From Squatina squatina (taxonomy: Eukaryota): DNA of 40,577 nucleotides. Position 1 is the stretch's first letter, and every line of letters starts with the position of its first letter. The stretch covers positions 15,020,547 to 15,061,123 of the forward strand of contig JARFOE010000100.1 of NCBI GenBank assembly GCA_031763465.1, written 5' to 3'. This document shows, one piece after another, positions 24,767 through 36,093 of this stretch. The translations under genes and the position numbers were made by a program. The notes beneath the pieces were generated by a model. That model was not told where the DNA came from. It was given only the letters and a program-made list of their open reading frames with translations, and did no database searches.

Positions 24767-26148
24767 AAAAGCTGTGGAATTGCTGTATGTGGAGTTGTGT
24801 ACGTATGTGTATAGCTGCATATAATGACACCACTATTCCCAGCCAGAATGTAGATGATTGGGTAATTCCCCCATCAGTCACACCTGGAGACCGCACTGCT
24901 GTACGTGACTGGGATTGATTTTACGCGCAGGATTTGTAACTGTCCTACACTCACTGCAGTTTGCTGGAGAACTAATCCTGCTTTTATCGGGAGACTTTTC
25001 TGTCGTTCATAGATACTTTGTTTAAATAGACCCTGTTTGTTATACAATAGAGCGTTTGCTGTGAGTCCTGCCGTAAGTTCCGCCCCACCTCCAACTTATT
25101 GTCTGACACAGTGGTGTCGATACTCACCCTGATATAATAATACACAGGTGGGTCCAGTTGGATGTCCTTGTGTTCTGTTTAGCAGCCTTCTAGGCAAGGT
25201 GGGATTTGATTATCCCCATTACTAATGGCACCTCAAACCGGGACTGCTGGCGGTGCCTTTGCCTTTGCATTTCTGATTCAACATGGCGAGCAGTAACAGT
25301 ATCTGTGCACATGCCTTCATTCCACCAGCGAGTCGGATGTCGCACCATCAATTATACATATAAACCTATTCATCCATTATACAAAATGTACACATTAGTG
25401 GGCCACCTCTGTTTTCATTCTAGCGGCAAGTACAACCACTGCATGAATAATGTATTGTTCAAATAAATTGAATTTACTTAGTGTCATTAGGGGACTCTAT
25501 TAAACAATCCACTTGACCTGTTCAAACAGACTTTCAACAGCAGGACACAGTCAGAAATATTAATAGAGTCTTTTATAATGTGTTCACTCTTTCTTTTGCT
25601 GGTTGGGGTTTTAGTTTTGAAGTGGAAGCCCCTGTTAGGACAAAGCCATATATTTTCCTCCATTCGCTTTGGTTAGTGACGAATGACACTGCTTTCTATT
25701 TGCATTTAGCTTCCTGCTAATGCTATTGAATTGATGAAAATATACCATTGTGAAACAGCCTGGAGCGCTGTGCACTATACTTGCCACGTGAAGGATGTTC
25801 TCCCTTTGAAGAATGTCGTGTAGGGTTTCAACGGAGGNNNNNNNNNNNNNNNNNNNNNNNNNNNNNNNNNNNNNNNNNNNNNNNNNNNNNNNNNNNNNNN
25901 NNNNNNNNNNNNNNNNNNNNNNNNNNNNNNNNNNNNNCAGTTGCCTGTAGGCCCTGTTTGAGCTTAAGTTGTAATGAACGTACCTCTAGATTTCAGATTT
26001 ATCCTTAGGAGAAGGTGTAGGCATTGCTGTCACTCATAGCAAACTGCATGGTGTGCAAAATCCAATGGACTGAAAGATTTTGACATGCACAGCAGTGCTT
26101 TTGTAAATATTATGTTTGTGCTAAACCCATTACTGTGCTTCATTGCAG

Positions 26149-26264
26149 TTGCCTTCAAGAACCACAGCTGTAACAAGATAGCCGACGGAAATGGTAACCA
26201 CGGCAACAGGAAAGTGTCGGGATTGGCGGATGGAGTTCTGCCAGAGGGAGAGCTCTTATTACAG
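26149..26264 (+). CDS. Probable internal exon of an unidentified gene (116 nt, phase 1 to 0)
   Basis: Possible branch point ctaaac, acceptor gcttcattgcag, donor CAG|gtctgt. Only one frame is open: AFKNHSCNKIADGNGNHGNRKVSGLADGVLPEGELLLQ. Confidence 0.55.
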
Positions 26265-26879
26265 GTCTGTGCTTTAGGCTAGATAGCTGGCTGCCTTCTT
26301 CCTAATTCTAAGATGCACTCCATCTTGTTCATTCTCGTCTATTAAAAATAAATGCTTTAGGAGCTCTGAATGTAAAGGCCGCCATGCCAGGGCACTAATT
26401 GGCCTTTGCAACAGACTCCTGTGATTATTTTCAGTGAACAAGGATGAAATGGGGAGTTGCCATTCTGCAAAATAAGGAGGCAAATCTGAAGAGGTTGGCA
26501 GCAAAACTACTGGAATTTGGCACGAAGCTCACTCAAGATTGATTCTGGCAGTTGTACACTTAGTGAGTTAAGAGCGCCAGTCAGCAACTGTTCATCGGGG
26601 GCTCGACTGACCCTCAGCGTTAGAGACAAGCAAAGCAACACCACAATTACATGGTCACTCAGCATCGTTCTTATCTGGAGCCACTTAAGACCAATAGTAG
26701 CTCTTTGGGGACATTGGAATCAAAAGGTGTTGTGGCCATTTCTTTGGAAGTCCGTTTTGTTTTTGTAATTTATAATATTATCGTGACTTTCTTCCGCAGT
26801 ACAGATGTTCTTTCGTCTCCACTCCATTGGTTCCTGTCTTGCAGTACACTTTTCCTTCAAAGATCCTTCTTGAGCTGTG

Positions 26880-26981
26880 TTTTTTATTCGTTCCTGGGAT
26901 GTGCGCGTCGCTGGCAAGGCCAGCATTTATTGCCCATCCCTAGTTGCCCTTGAGAAGGTGGTGATGAGCCGCCTTCTTGAA
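26880..26981 (-). mobile_element. LINE 3' terminal fragment
   Basis: Inverted copy of 24679-24766 ending in an A-rich tail (gaacgaataaaaa on the minus strand), cut by a gap. Confidence 0.75.
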
Positions 26982-27322
26982 NNNNNNNNNNNNNNNNNNN
27001 NNNNNNNNNNNNNNNNNNNNNNNNNNNNNNNNNNNNNNNNNNNNNNNNNNNNNNNNNNNNNNNNNNNNNNNNNNNNNNNNNAAGAATCTGTGGAAGGGAT
27101 TGGCAAGGGTGAGTTTGGAGGCATGATGCCATCACGTAGCAAGCACACTTCATTTACATTACCTTTCCCACATTCATTTACTTAGCCCTCCCTGCTGCTA
27201 AGTCTCTTAATGTTGCACAGGCCTCTTAATGGTGCAGTGAAATGTAATATGATCTTACTGCTCTCTGAAGGTATCGTCTTGGCGATGAACGATAAGTTTT
27301 CTTCTTTTTTCTTCTGCTGTAG

Positions 27323-27466
27323 GCTCTTCTCAAGATGAAGGTTGGAGAAAGCGACACCACTGACACATTACAGCAGACTGCGTCAAGCACTCCCCCTGCT
27401 TCCAGCACTAGCACAGCTGTGAGCTCCTTGGACCATTTAGGAATGAGTTTGAAGAAGCTGCACCAG
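27323..27466 (+). CDS. Probable internal exon of an unidentified gene (144 nt, phase 0 to 0)
   Basis: Strong acceptor ttttcttcttttttcttctgctgtag and donor CAG|gtgagc. Only frame 0 is open: ALLKMKVGESDTTDTLQQTASSTPPASSTSTAVSSLDHLGMSLKKLHQ. Confidence 0.7.
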
Positions 27467-27574
27467 GTGAGCTGCACCTCGCAAATGAGGTGGGGCAAGG
27501 AATGCTTCCCCCTGGCCCACCAACCAATTCTATTAATCTCCCCAGCGATCAGATGCCACCTTCCATGTCCAGCA

Positions 27575-27920
27575 ACTCTCCCCTGACTCTCTGCTCTCTC
27601 TCCGGTCCCCCGATCTCTCCCACCCATCAATCTTTGAGCTCCATTTCTGCCTTCGATCTCTCTCTGATCCGCCAATCTCTCCCTCAACTCTTTCTCCCAA
27701 CCCCATCGCTCACCGAATCCCAATCGTTAGCTCCGATTTCTTTCTGAACCTCATCTCCCCTCTGATCACTCTCCAACACCCCGATCCTCCTCTCCAATCA
27801 CTCTCCGACCCTCTGATCTCCCTCAACCACATCTCATCCTCCAATCTCTTTCCAAACTCCCCAACTACTTTTCTCAATCTCTCGCCAACACACGCAATCA
27901 TCCACCGACCCTCCAAACCA
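27575..27920. repeat. CT-rich low-complexity region
   Basis: Loose repeats of ctctc(c), gatctc and aatctc with a strong pyrimidine skew. Confidence 0.7.
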
Positions 27921-28529
27921 CGCTGTGCTCATTACCTGACCTCCAAACACCAACTGCTTCACTCGGTCAAAGAGCCTCTTATCCCCAATAACAAATATTA
28001 TTATAACTAAAAAACATAGTGTTCAACGATGATTAAACAACACACAATTTGGTTTATTGTCCCTCTGATTTTACTGCAACTGCATAATTCCAGCAGTTAA
28101 CTGCAATGGGCTGAGTGCGACTTTGTACAGGTTAGAGTTGATCATTTCTTCTCCTCTGTCAGTTCATTATTTCATAATCTGAGGAATAATATCTGATCTC
28201 ACCCTTTTGCCACCAAATCTAAACACAATGACGATATTTGGAGAAATTTCTGCCCATATTACAGCCCGCTTGTCAGCACATTTCCGTGCCCAGGTTCACC
28301 ACACTGAGCAAATATGAGTCAGTGTTTGAATGTGGTGGAGGTACAGTATATAAAGACTGTACGCTGCAAGGAAAAGGCAGAGCAAGAGAGAGAAGCAGCT
28401 CCTTTACTCTTAGAANNNNNNNNNNNNNNNNNNNNNNNNNNNNNNNNNNNNNNNNNNNNNNNNNNNNNNNNNNNNNNNNNNNNNNNNNNNNNNNNNNNNN
28501 NNNNNNNNNNNNNNNAAGATGATTATGTT

Positions 28530-30195
28530 CAGTGAGTGTGTAAGACGGGCATATAAGGTGAGCATGTAACTTGTGTGTGTACAGTGAGTGTGTAAGGTAG
28601 GTGTGTAAGGTGAGTGTGTCTAGTAAGTGTATACGATGGGTGTGTCTGGTGACTGTTAAAGGTGGGTGTGTAAGGTGAGCATGTAAGGTAGGTATGAAAC
28701 TTTTGTGTGTACAGTGAATGTGTAAGGTAAGTGTGTAAGGTGAGTGTGTATAGTGAGTGTGTACAATGGGTGTGTATGGTGACTGTGTAAGACAGGTGTG
28801 TAAGGTGGTTGCGTAAGGTAGGTTTGTCAGGTGACTGCTTACAGTGAGTGTGTAAGGTGGGTGTGTACAGTTAGTGTGTAAGGTGGGTGTGTACATTGAG
28901 AGTGTAAGGTAGGTGTGTAAGGTGAGTGTGTAAGGTGGGTGTGCAAGGTGGGTGTGTATGATGAGTGTGCAAGGTGGGTGTGTACGGTGACTGTTTAAGG
29001 TGTTTGGAATGTAGGCATGTGAGGTGAGTGTGTAAGGCAGGTATGTAAGGTGCTTGCGTGAGATGTGTTTGTAAGGTGAGTGTTTGCAGTGTGTGTGTAA
29101 GGTGTGTGTGTAAGGTGGGTGTGTATGGTGGGTGTCCAAGGTTGGTGTGTATGGTGAGTGTGTAAGATGGGTGTTTAAGCTGAGTGCGTAAGGTGGGTGT
29201 GTAAGGGGAGTGTGTAAGGTGTGTGTGTGAGGTGGGCATGTAAGGTGATTGTGGATGGTGAGTGTGTAAGGTGAATGTGAACAGTGGGTGTGTAAGGTGG
29301 GTGTGCAAGGTGGGAGTGCAAGGTGGGTGCATATGGTGAGTGTGTAAGATGGGTGTTTAAGGTGAGTCTGTACGGTAGGTGTGTACAGTGGGTGTGTAAG
29401 GTGGATGTGTATGATGGGTGTGTGAGGTGAATGTGTAAGACAGGTGTGTAAGGTGGTTGCATAAGGTGGGTGTGTAAGGTGAGTGTTTACAGTGAGTGTG
29501 TAAGCTGGGTGTGTACAGTTAGTGTGCAAGGTGGGTGTGTATGGTGGGTGTCAACGGTGAGTCTGTAAGGTGGGTGTGCATGTTTGGTGTATGAGGTGAG
29601 TGTGTACAGTGAGTGTGTAAGGTTGGTATGTACCATGAGTGTGTAAGGTGGGTGTGTACAGCGGGTGTGTAAGGTGAGCACATAAGACGAGTATGCAAGG
29701 CGGGTGTGTAAGGTGGTTGTGTCAGGTGAGTGTGCAAGACGAGTGCACAAGGTGAGTGTGTAAGGTGAGTGTGCAAGGTGGGTGTGTGCAGTGAGTGTGT
29801 AAGGTGAGTGAGTAACATTGGTGTGTATGGTGGTTGAATACGGTGTGTGTGTATGGTGGGTGTGTGCGGTGGGCATATAAGGTGGCCGTGTAAGCGGAGT
29901 GTGTAAGGTGGGTGGGTAAGGTGAGTGTGTATGGTGGGTGTGTAAGGTGGGTGTGTGCAGTGGGTGTGTAAAGTGAGTCTGTATGGTTGGTGGGTATGGT
30001 GAGTGTGTGTGGTGGGCATGTAAGATGAGTGTGTAAGGTAGAATTCTAAAGTGAGTGTGTAAGGTGGGTGTGAAAGGTGTGCGTGTATAATGGATGTGTA
30101 CAGTGAGTGTGTAAGTTGAGTGTGTACAGTGTGTGTGTGTACAGTGAGTGTGCACGGTGAGTGTGTAAGGTGGGTGTGTACGGTGTGTGTGTCAC
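28530..30195. repeat. 13-bp minisatellite array, consensus AAGGTG(A/G)GTGTGT, about 1.67 kb
   Basis: 13-nt period directly visible. The minus-strand ORFs show the expected 13-aa His/Thr/Pro period (HTHLTHPPYTLTL). Confidence 0.95.
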
Positions 30196-30295
30196 NNNNN
30201 NNNNNNNNNNNNNNNNNNNNNNNNNNNNNNNNNNNNNNNNNNNNNNNNNNNNNNNNNNNNNNNNNNNNNNNNNNNNNNNNNNNNNNNNNNNNNNN

Positions 30296-30686
30296 TGTGG
30301 GATCGCGTTCCACTCCACACACTTGAACACAAAATTTAGACTGATACTACAGTACAGCAGTGAGGGAGTGCTGCACTGTTGGAGGCGCCATCTTTCGGAT
30401 GAGAAGTTTAACCGTTGGATGTAAAAGATCCCGTGGCACATTTTGAAGAAAAGTGGAGTTCTCTCTGGTGTCCCTGCCAATATTAATCCCTCAACAAACA
30501 TCACTGAAACTGATTATCTGGTCATTATCTCACTGCTGTTTGTGGGAATTTGCTGTGCGGGAATTGGCTGTCGGATTTTCTACATCATAGCGGTGACCAC
30601 ACTTCAAAAGTGCTTCATTGGCTGTAAAGTGCTTGGGGACATCCCAAGGTCGTGAAACGTGCTATATAAATGCAAATATTTTCTTT
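30296..30686 (+). mobile_element. Deu-domain SINE copy (5' end lost in gap)
   Basis: Colinear with 2966-3330: gccatctttcggat...aaaagatcccgtggca...ttatctggtcattatc...gctatataaatgcaa. Confidence 0.9.
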
Positions 30687-31393
30687 GCTATCCTTGGAGT
30701 CATACAGGAGCCTTGATGCACTAAGAGTTTGCTATAAAAGCATTGCATGCCCTCTTTTCTGTTTGGGAAGCCAGGGACAAGTGTGTGTTATATGATTGGT
30801 TGTATCAGACAGCATTGACAATGAGGGGCTGCTGAGTAACTGAATAAGCAAATAGGTACTCAGTAGATAAGACACACAGTCAGTATATTTATAATCGTTG
30901 TTGATATTGAGTTGTGACAAGCTTACTTTGTGACGGGCAGCATTGAAAGGCATGGAAAGAAAATAGAAGGCACAAGATATTAAACACACTAATCAATGCC
31001 CTAAAACCCAGAGCTGCATCCACAATAAGCAATCAGGGAGCTCTTAAGTGCTGAGATGATTCAGAAATGCCCAGATGCCAATCAATAAAGGGCAGAGTCC
31101 AGAGTCTTAGTGTACTTCATTTGAGAATGTTGAAGGTTCAGAGGTGGTACTGCCAGTCTGATATTCTGTGCTGTTACTGAATATATCTTTCAGCTGACTA
31201 GGCAAGAAAAGGTTGGCGCATCACCGCACATTAATGCAGCCAGTGAATTGAGAGCCCGGTTCTCTACTCTAGCTGGCGGGGATGAATTGGCGANNNNNNN
31301 NNNNNNNNNNNNNNNNNNNNNNNNNNNNNNNNNNNNNNNNNNNNNNNNNNNNNNNNNNNNNNNNNNNNNNNNNNNNNNNNNNNNNNNNNNNNN

Positions 31394-31480
31394 TGTAACG
31401 TTCCTGTGAAGCACCTTGGAACGTTTCAATAGGTTGAAGTGCTATATAAATACAAGTTGTTGTTGTTGTTGTTGTTGTTG
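31394..31480 (+). mobile_element. L2-clade LINE 3' end with (GTT)n tail
   Basis: cctgtgaagcaccttggaacgttt...gctatataaatacaa followed by (gtt)8. Confidence 0.75.
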
Positions 31481-33187
31481 CGGGGTGTAGCAGAGCTCAC
31501 ATGTATTACACGGTATAGCAGATCATGGGTGCTCGCAGACTCTGCTCAAACTCAGAAAGTTACCCCATTAATGCACACGCACTGCAGCTTTAGATTTTCT
31601 TCAAAAGTCAAAGACAGACATTAACATTTTCATTTTTAGCCAATGAATATTAAAATGCTTTTTCAATTCTGCTGTTCCAACTTTCCCATAGAACAGGACC
31701 AAGTGTCTACCATACCTTGCATTACTGGCAGCCTCACCGAGACCAATTAGTCCAATCTTTAATTGTGTTGTTTGAAATGATTACATTGTATTAATTAGCC
31801 CATTCTCGATTAGTGAAGAGGAAAACACAAGTACACACAAGTTCTGAATATGCACACAGTCCAACAAGCAGCATCAGGCAGTAATAATTCCATCAACTGC
31901 TACAGCACCCATTTTTGCCCATCCACCCCAGCCCTTATTAAAGCCCTAAGAAATTGTGACTTTCAAATTAGAAATTCAAAATAATACACTATTAGTCGTA
32001 GTGAGCGAATCAAAGGAAGTGTGTAATGAATCAGGTAGACCGATCACATTGAGACGAGAGTGAGAGAGATCCACAAGGGCCCCTTTGTTTTTAAAATGCA
32101 CTGCAGATGATCCTGGCTGACTGTATTCCCACTGCATTTTCGCCTTTCAAATGTGCTGAATCCTCTCCTCCTCAACCCCAATCAGTTGAATTTTCATCAA
32201 CCCAAAGCTACATTATTCAAAACTAGAATGAAATCACTGCCTTAGATTGGCAACTGTTGAATAACCTGGACGGCACTGCAAGTAGGATTCTGTTTGACTG
32301 CAAATTGTAAATTCAGAGCGGTTTGTCAGCGTTTCAGTATGCAATAACTGGGACTAGTTCCCCAGCTCAAAGTGCAAACATGTCTCGACATGTCCAATTT
32401 CCCTTTGCAGCTTTCCCAATTACAGCCTTATAAGGCAGAATACCCAGGCAAACACTTGAAGCAGCACACAGCTGACCACAACACAATGTTTTGAATGCAA
32501 GGAAGGGGCATTAAGATAAGAGCTTTTCATGATTAAAGCAGACTAAGAAAAAGGTTAGATGTATCTGAGGTAGTTAGGACTCCTGCTGTATTTACAAAGC
32601 TTAAAAACTACATTCAGTCAATTCCTTAGGATATGGACTAAAGAACAATTCTGGAACATTCCTCAGAACTTTGACACATTTAAAAATAGTACCAATAAAA
32701 TAGTGCTATTTAAAAAGGAAGAAAATCATGCAGTGAAAGTTTAGCTTCTCTTTACACGAAAGCACTATCTCTAAATATGTTAACAGGATTTAATTAGAAT
32801 TTTGCTTGTTAATTATTGATTGAGTTCACCCATATCCACCATCCCCATATATAATTTGATTGATTTTATGTGCAAAACAAGCTCAGATTTTGCTCCCAAG
32901 TCACAAAATATCGGGTGGCACTTTAAAAAAAGTCTTGGGAACTAGGCTGAATTTTGCCTTTCACGGCAATAGTTTGAACACAGTGCCATAAAACTGACAA
33001 TGGAGGCTGTTTGCAACACAGAAAACCCCACAGTATTCCTTGTTGCAAGGGTGTGTTAGTCCAGTTGGCACTACTGAGAAACTGGATCCAAATGGGTCCA
33101 GTCATTCAAGGCAGAATCTTTCAGTCACTCTCTCCTGTTGCTGGACTCACTCCAAGCCTTTGCTCGACAAGTTGGAGAGAATCCAGA

Positions 33188-33412
33188 TTAAATAGCAATG
33201 TCATCATGGTCAGAGGGGCTGAATGCTGCTGCTCTGAGGATATCCAGAGCATGAACCAGGATAAGGGTCCCCGTCAAGTGTTTCCAGCGTTTTGTGATGG
33301 GGTGTTTCATTTTATCCAGCCCCATGTGCAGTTCCTGAATCACATCTCTGTAGCTATCTCCGATCTGTGCACTCCAGGTCAGCAGGAAGTCATAGGCTGG
33401 TTTCCACATAGC
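33188..33412 (-). CDS. SH3BP4: SH3BP4 terminal coding exon (C-terminal death-domain-like region)
   Basis: Acceptor tcttccag, peptide [53 protein letters not shown]...DDIAI, and TAA at 33190-33188. Close to the remembered human C-terminus. Confidence 0.96.
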   Translation of the reverse strand, partial: AMWKPAYDFLLTWSAQIGDSYRDVIQELHMGLDKMKHPITKRWKHLTGTLILVHALDILRAAAFSPSDHDDIAI

Positions 33413-34099
33413 CTGGAAGAGTACAAATCAATTAATCCTGCTATTTTCTACCACAACATCTTACATTTATATTGCACTTTTAACATAGTAAAATGTCCCA
33501 CTCCCAATCCTTCTAGTGGCAATGGATATTTCCATTTTGTTGTCTTTATTGTATCCTCCTGTTTTATTGATAGCTTAGAAGCTCTATATTGTAAGACTCA
33601 ACTAGTCAAACTTGTGTCTGATCAAATGCAGGGAACTATGTAGAAGACATGCTTCAGTGGGATGCTAAACTTCCCAAACTGAGGAGCTCAAGTTTGAATC
33701 AGATCAAATTGTCAATTTTTCTGAGTGCAACTGTAATAAGGGAATGCTTCACGACACTGACTGCACCCTTTCCCTATTCTCTATGAAGTACCATGGAGAA
33801 ACATTTGGAAAGAGATTGAAATTGTAGGCTACATCATTAATTCGACAAATCAGGATTGCAATCAATTCATGTTGACCTGTGTCTCATTATCAGCATTGGA
33901 AAGACACATGGGAGCTTTCTTTCACTCGTGTAGGGTTAAAAGCACCAAAGCAGTTTACCGAAGCAATAGTTTGTGAATGGTATAAACTGCAGACTTTGAT
34001 ACTTCAGATATTTATCACAAACTTGCATTGGTTAGTCCAGCCATATTGCACCCTAGGAACCTGAATGACTCTGAAATCCAACCCGTGTGCTATGTAACT

Positions 34100-34350
34100 A
34101 GGGGTGGCGGAGGAAGAAATATAAAAAACAGGATCCCTGCTCATGCGTGTTATTACTCAGTGACACCTGTAGGCCAATGCATGTGTTATCCTTGAATAAG
34201 GGCAGGATCAGGCTTGACCAGGATGCCCTCTACAGTTCAGTAGTTTGTTGAGACTCACTATCCATGCTGATGCATGAATAAAACTAGCCACTGGCATGAG
34301 GCAAGGGAGGCCTTCTAGTAGCCATGGGATTGTACTTCAGAAGAGAAGAA
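34100..34350 (+). mobile_element. Old degenerate SINE-like repeat (possibly AmnSINE2-like)
   Basis: Blocks cagtgacacctg, ggcaggatcaggctt, gactcactatccatgct and catgaata...gccact are shared with the inverted copies at 2280-2590 and 10480-10570. Confidence 0.5.
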
Positions 34351-35379
34351 AAAAAATCAGGGTAGATAGGTTCATTAACCTTCATACAATGGAGCTGCTT
34401 TGATCAGACAGGTGAGGGATGTCCCAGAGTAATTACCCTGTGTTAGTTAGATTTTCAGTGGATTAGCCTGGATACCAATTTGGGGGTCATCCAATTCAGG
34501 AAGTTAGTACTCGTTCATTCGCCACTAAATTCCTGGCTGGTGGTGAGCACAGACCTCCAGGTTAGTCGAGCTATTCCAGGACATACCCATGAGTTGGCAA
34601 GAGCACTCAACCAGGTGAGAGATCCAAAATACCACATCCTCTCAGGAGAAGGAACAAATCATAAGAACCAACACCTGCAAGGTAGGAGTTCATTTCATGG
34701 CTTTGTAAAGAAAGAGGGGACGGGGCGGGAAGAGATTGAAAGTACTTTGTGCTGAAAATATTTCCCTGCACTTTACTTGCACAATCCACCTTATCATGGA
34801 CTCTACCCCACCCATTTAATCTCCTGAGCAAAAGTTTCATTTAAATACTCACCAATCCCTAATGGTAATCAAGCAACACTCCACAATATTCATCCAATCC
34901 CAAATCTCCACAACTCAACTCTTGCTGGCTGACCACTCCAGACACCAGCACAGAGACCATCAAGTACAGATACTTCACAGCCCTACCATNNNNNNNNNNN
35001 NNNNNNNNNNNNNNNNNNNNNNNNNNNNNNNNNNNNNNNNNNNNNNNNNNNNNNNNNNNNNNNNNNNNNNNNNNNNNNNNNNNNNNNNNCACACAAATGC
35101 ACAACCATGGTTCTTCACATTCCTTGACACCTGCTCCTTATTATACAAACCAAGGCCAAGCTCAGAGGGAGGAAAGGAAGTTTTCTGGCAAGATACCCAG
35201 GCCCTTTCATCTGTCATCTTAACCCTGAGACAGCTACTGTGCAGTTTTAGTTGAAAAATACAGGCTAATCCTTCTTAAGTGTATGTTATAGTAGGGCTGA
35301 CTGTCATTGAAAAAAATATCAGTCCTGCCATTGGGATCATTAAAGCCAGGGGTTCGTTATAAGCTATAGTGAAGCTGTG

Positions 35380-35896
35380 TACAGTTCTGGTTTCCTCACC
35401 CAAGGAAGGATGGACTTGCAACAAAAGTTCACTAGACTGATTCCTGTGATGAGGGCATTGTCCTACGAGGAGAGATCGAGTAGAATGGGTCTATATTCCC
35501 CAGAGTTTAGAAGGTGAGATGATCTCATTGAAACATATAAAATTCTTAAGGGATTTGACAAGGTAAAACCTGGGAGGATGTTTCCCCTGGCTGGAGAGTC
35601 TGGAACCAGGGGTCACAATCTCAGGATAAGGAGTCGGCCATTCAATACTGAAATGAGGAGAAACTTCTTCACTCAATGGGTTGGCATTCTCTACCCCATA
35701 GGGCTGTGGATGCTCAGTTGTTGAAAATATTCAAGACAGAGATCGATAAATTTTTGGGTACTAAGGAAATCACTGATATGGGGATAGTGCGGGAAGATGG
35801 AGTTGAGGTAGAAGATCAGCCATGATCTTATTGAATGGCGGAGCTGGCTTGAAGGGCCGAATAGCCTACTCCTGCTCCTATTTCTTATATTCTTAT
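35380..35896 (+). mobile_element. CR1-clade LINE 3' end within an SH3BP4 intron
   Basis: gatctcattgaaacatataaaattc...aaccaggggtcacaatctcaggataagg...gggccgaatagcctactcctgctcctatttcttatattcttat. Confidence 0.92.
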
Positions 35897-36093
35897 ACTG
35901 CAAAGCACATGTTTTTTGATGGTCAGGAGCCATCCCGTCTCATAATGCATGAGGTAGCTCATACAAATGAAGAATGACTGGACTGCAGTTCATTCAAGAA
36001 TGGAACTTTACAGTTCCAGCACTGCAAAGCCAAATATGTAACTTGGTAATTTAAAACAGTACAGAAATAACTCAGCTATCAATGTTTACTCAC

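Noticed and set aside
27323-27337. ALLKM start of the 27323 exon resembling the missing SH3BP4 exon (ALLKMD)
   Set aside because: Wrong strand and position, and similarity stops after five residues.
28530-30195. CRISPR-like or telomeric array
   Set aside because: No unique spacers, no cas genes, vertebrate context, and the unit is not TTAGGG.
28273-30322. His/Thr/Pro-rich ORFs up to 418 aa
   Set aside because: All three minus frames give the same 13-aa period from a 13-nt repeat, so the openness is compositional.
33011-33643. 210-aa + strand ORF, and likewise the 36082-36768 ORF
   Set aside because: Antisense shadows of SH3BP4 exons with no independent coding signal.
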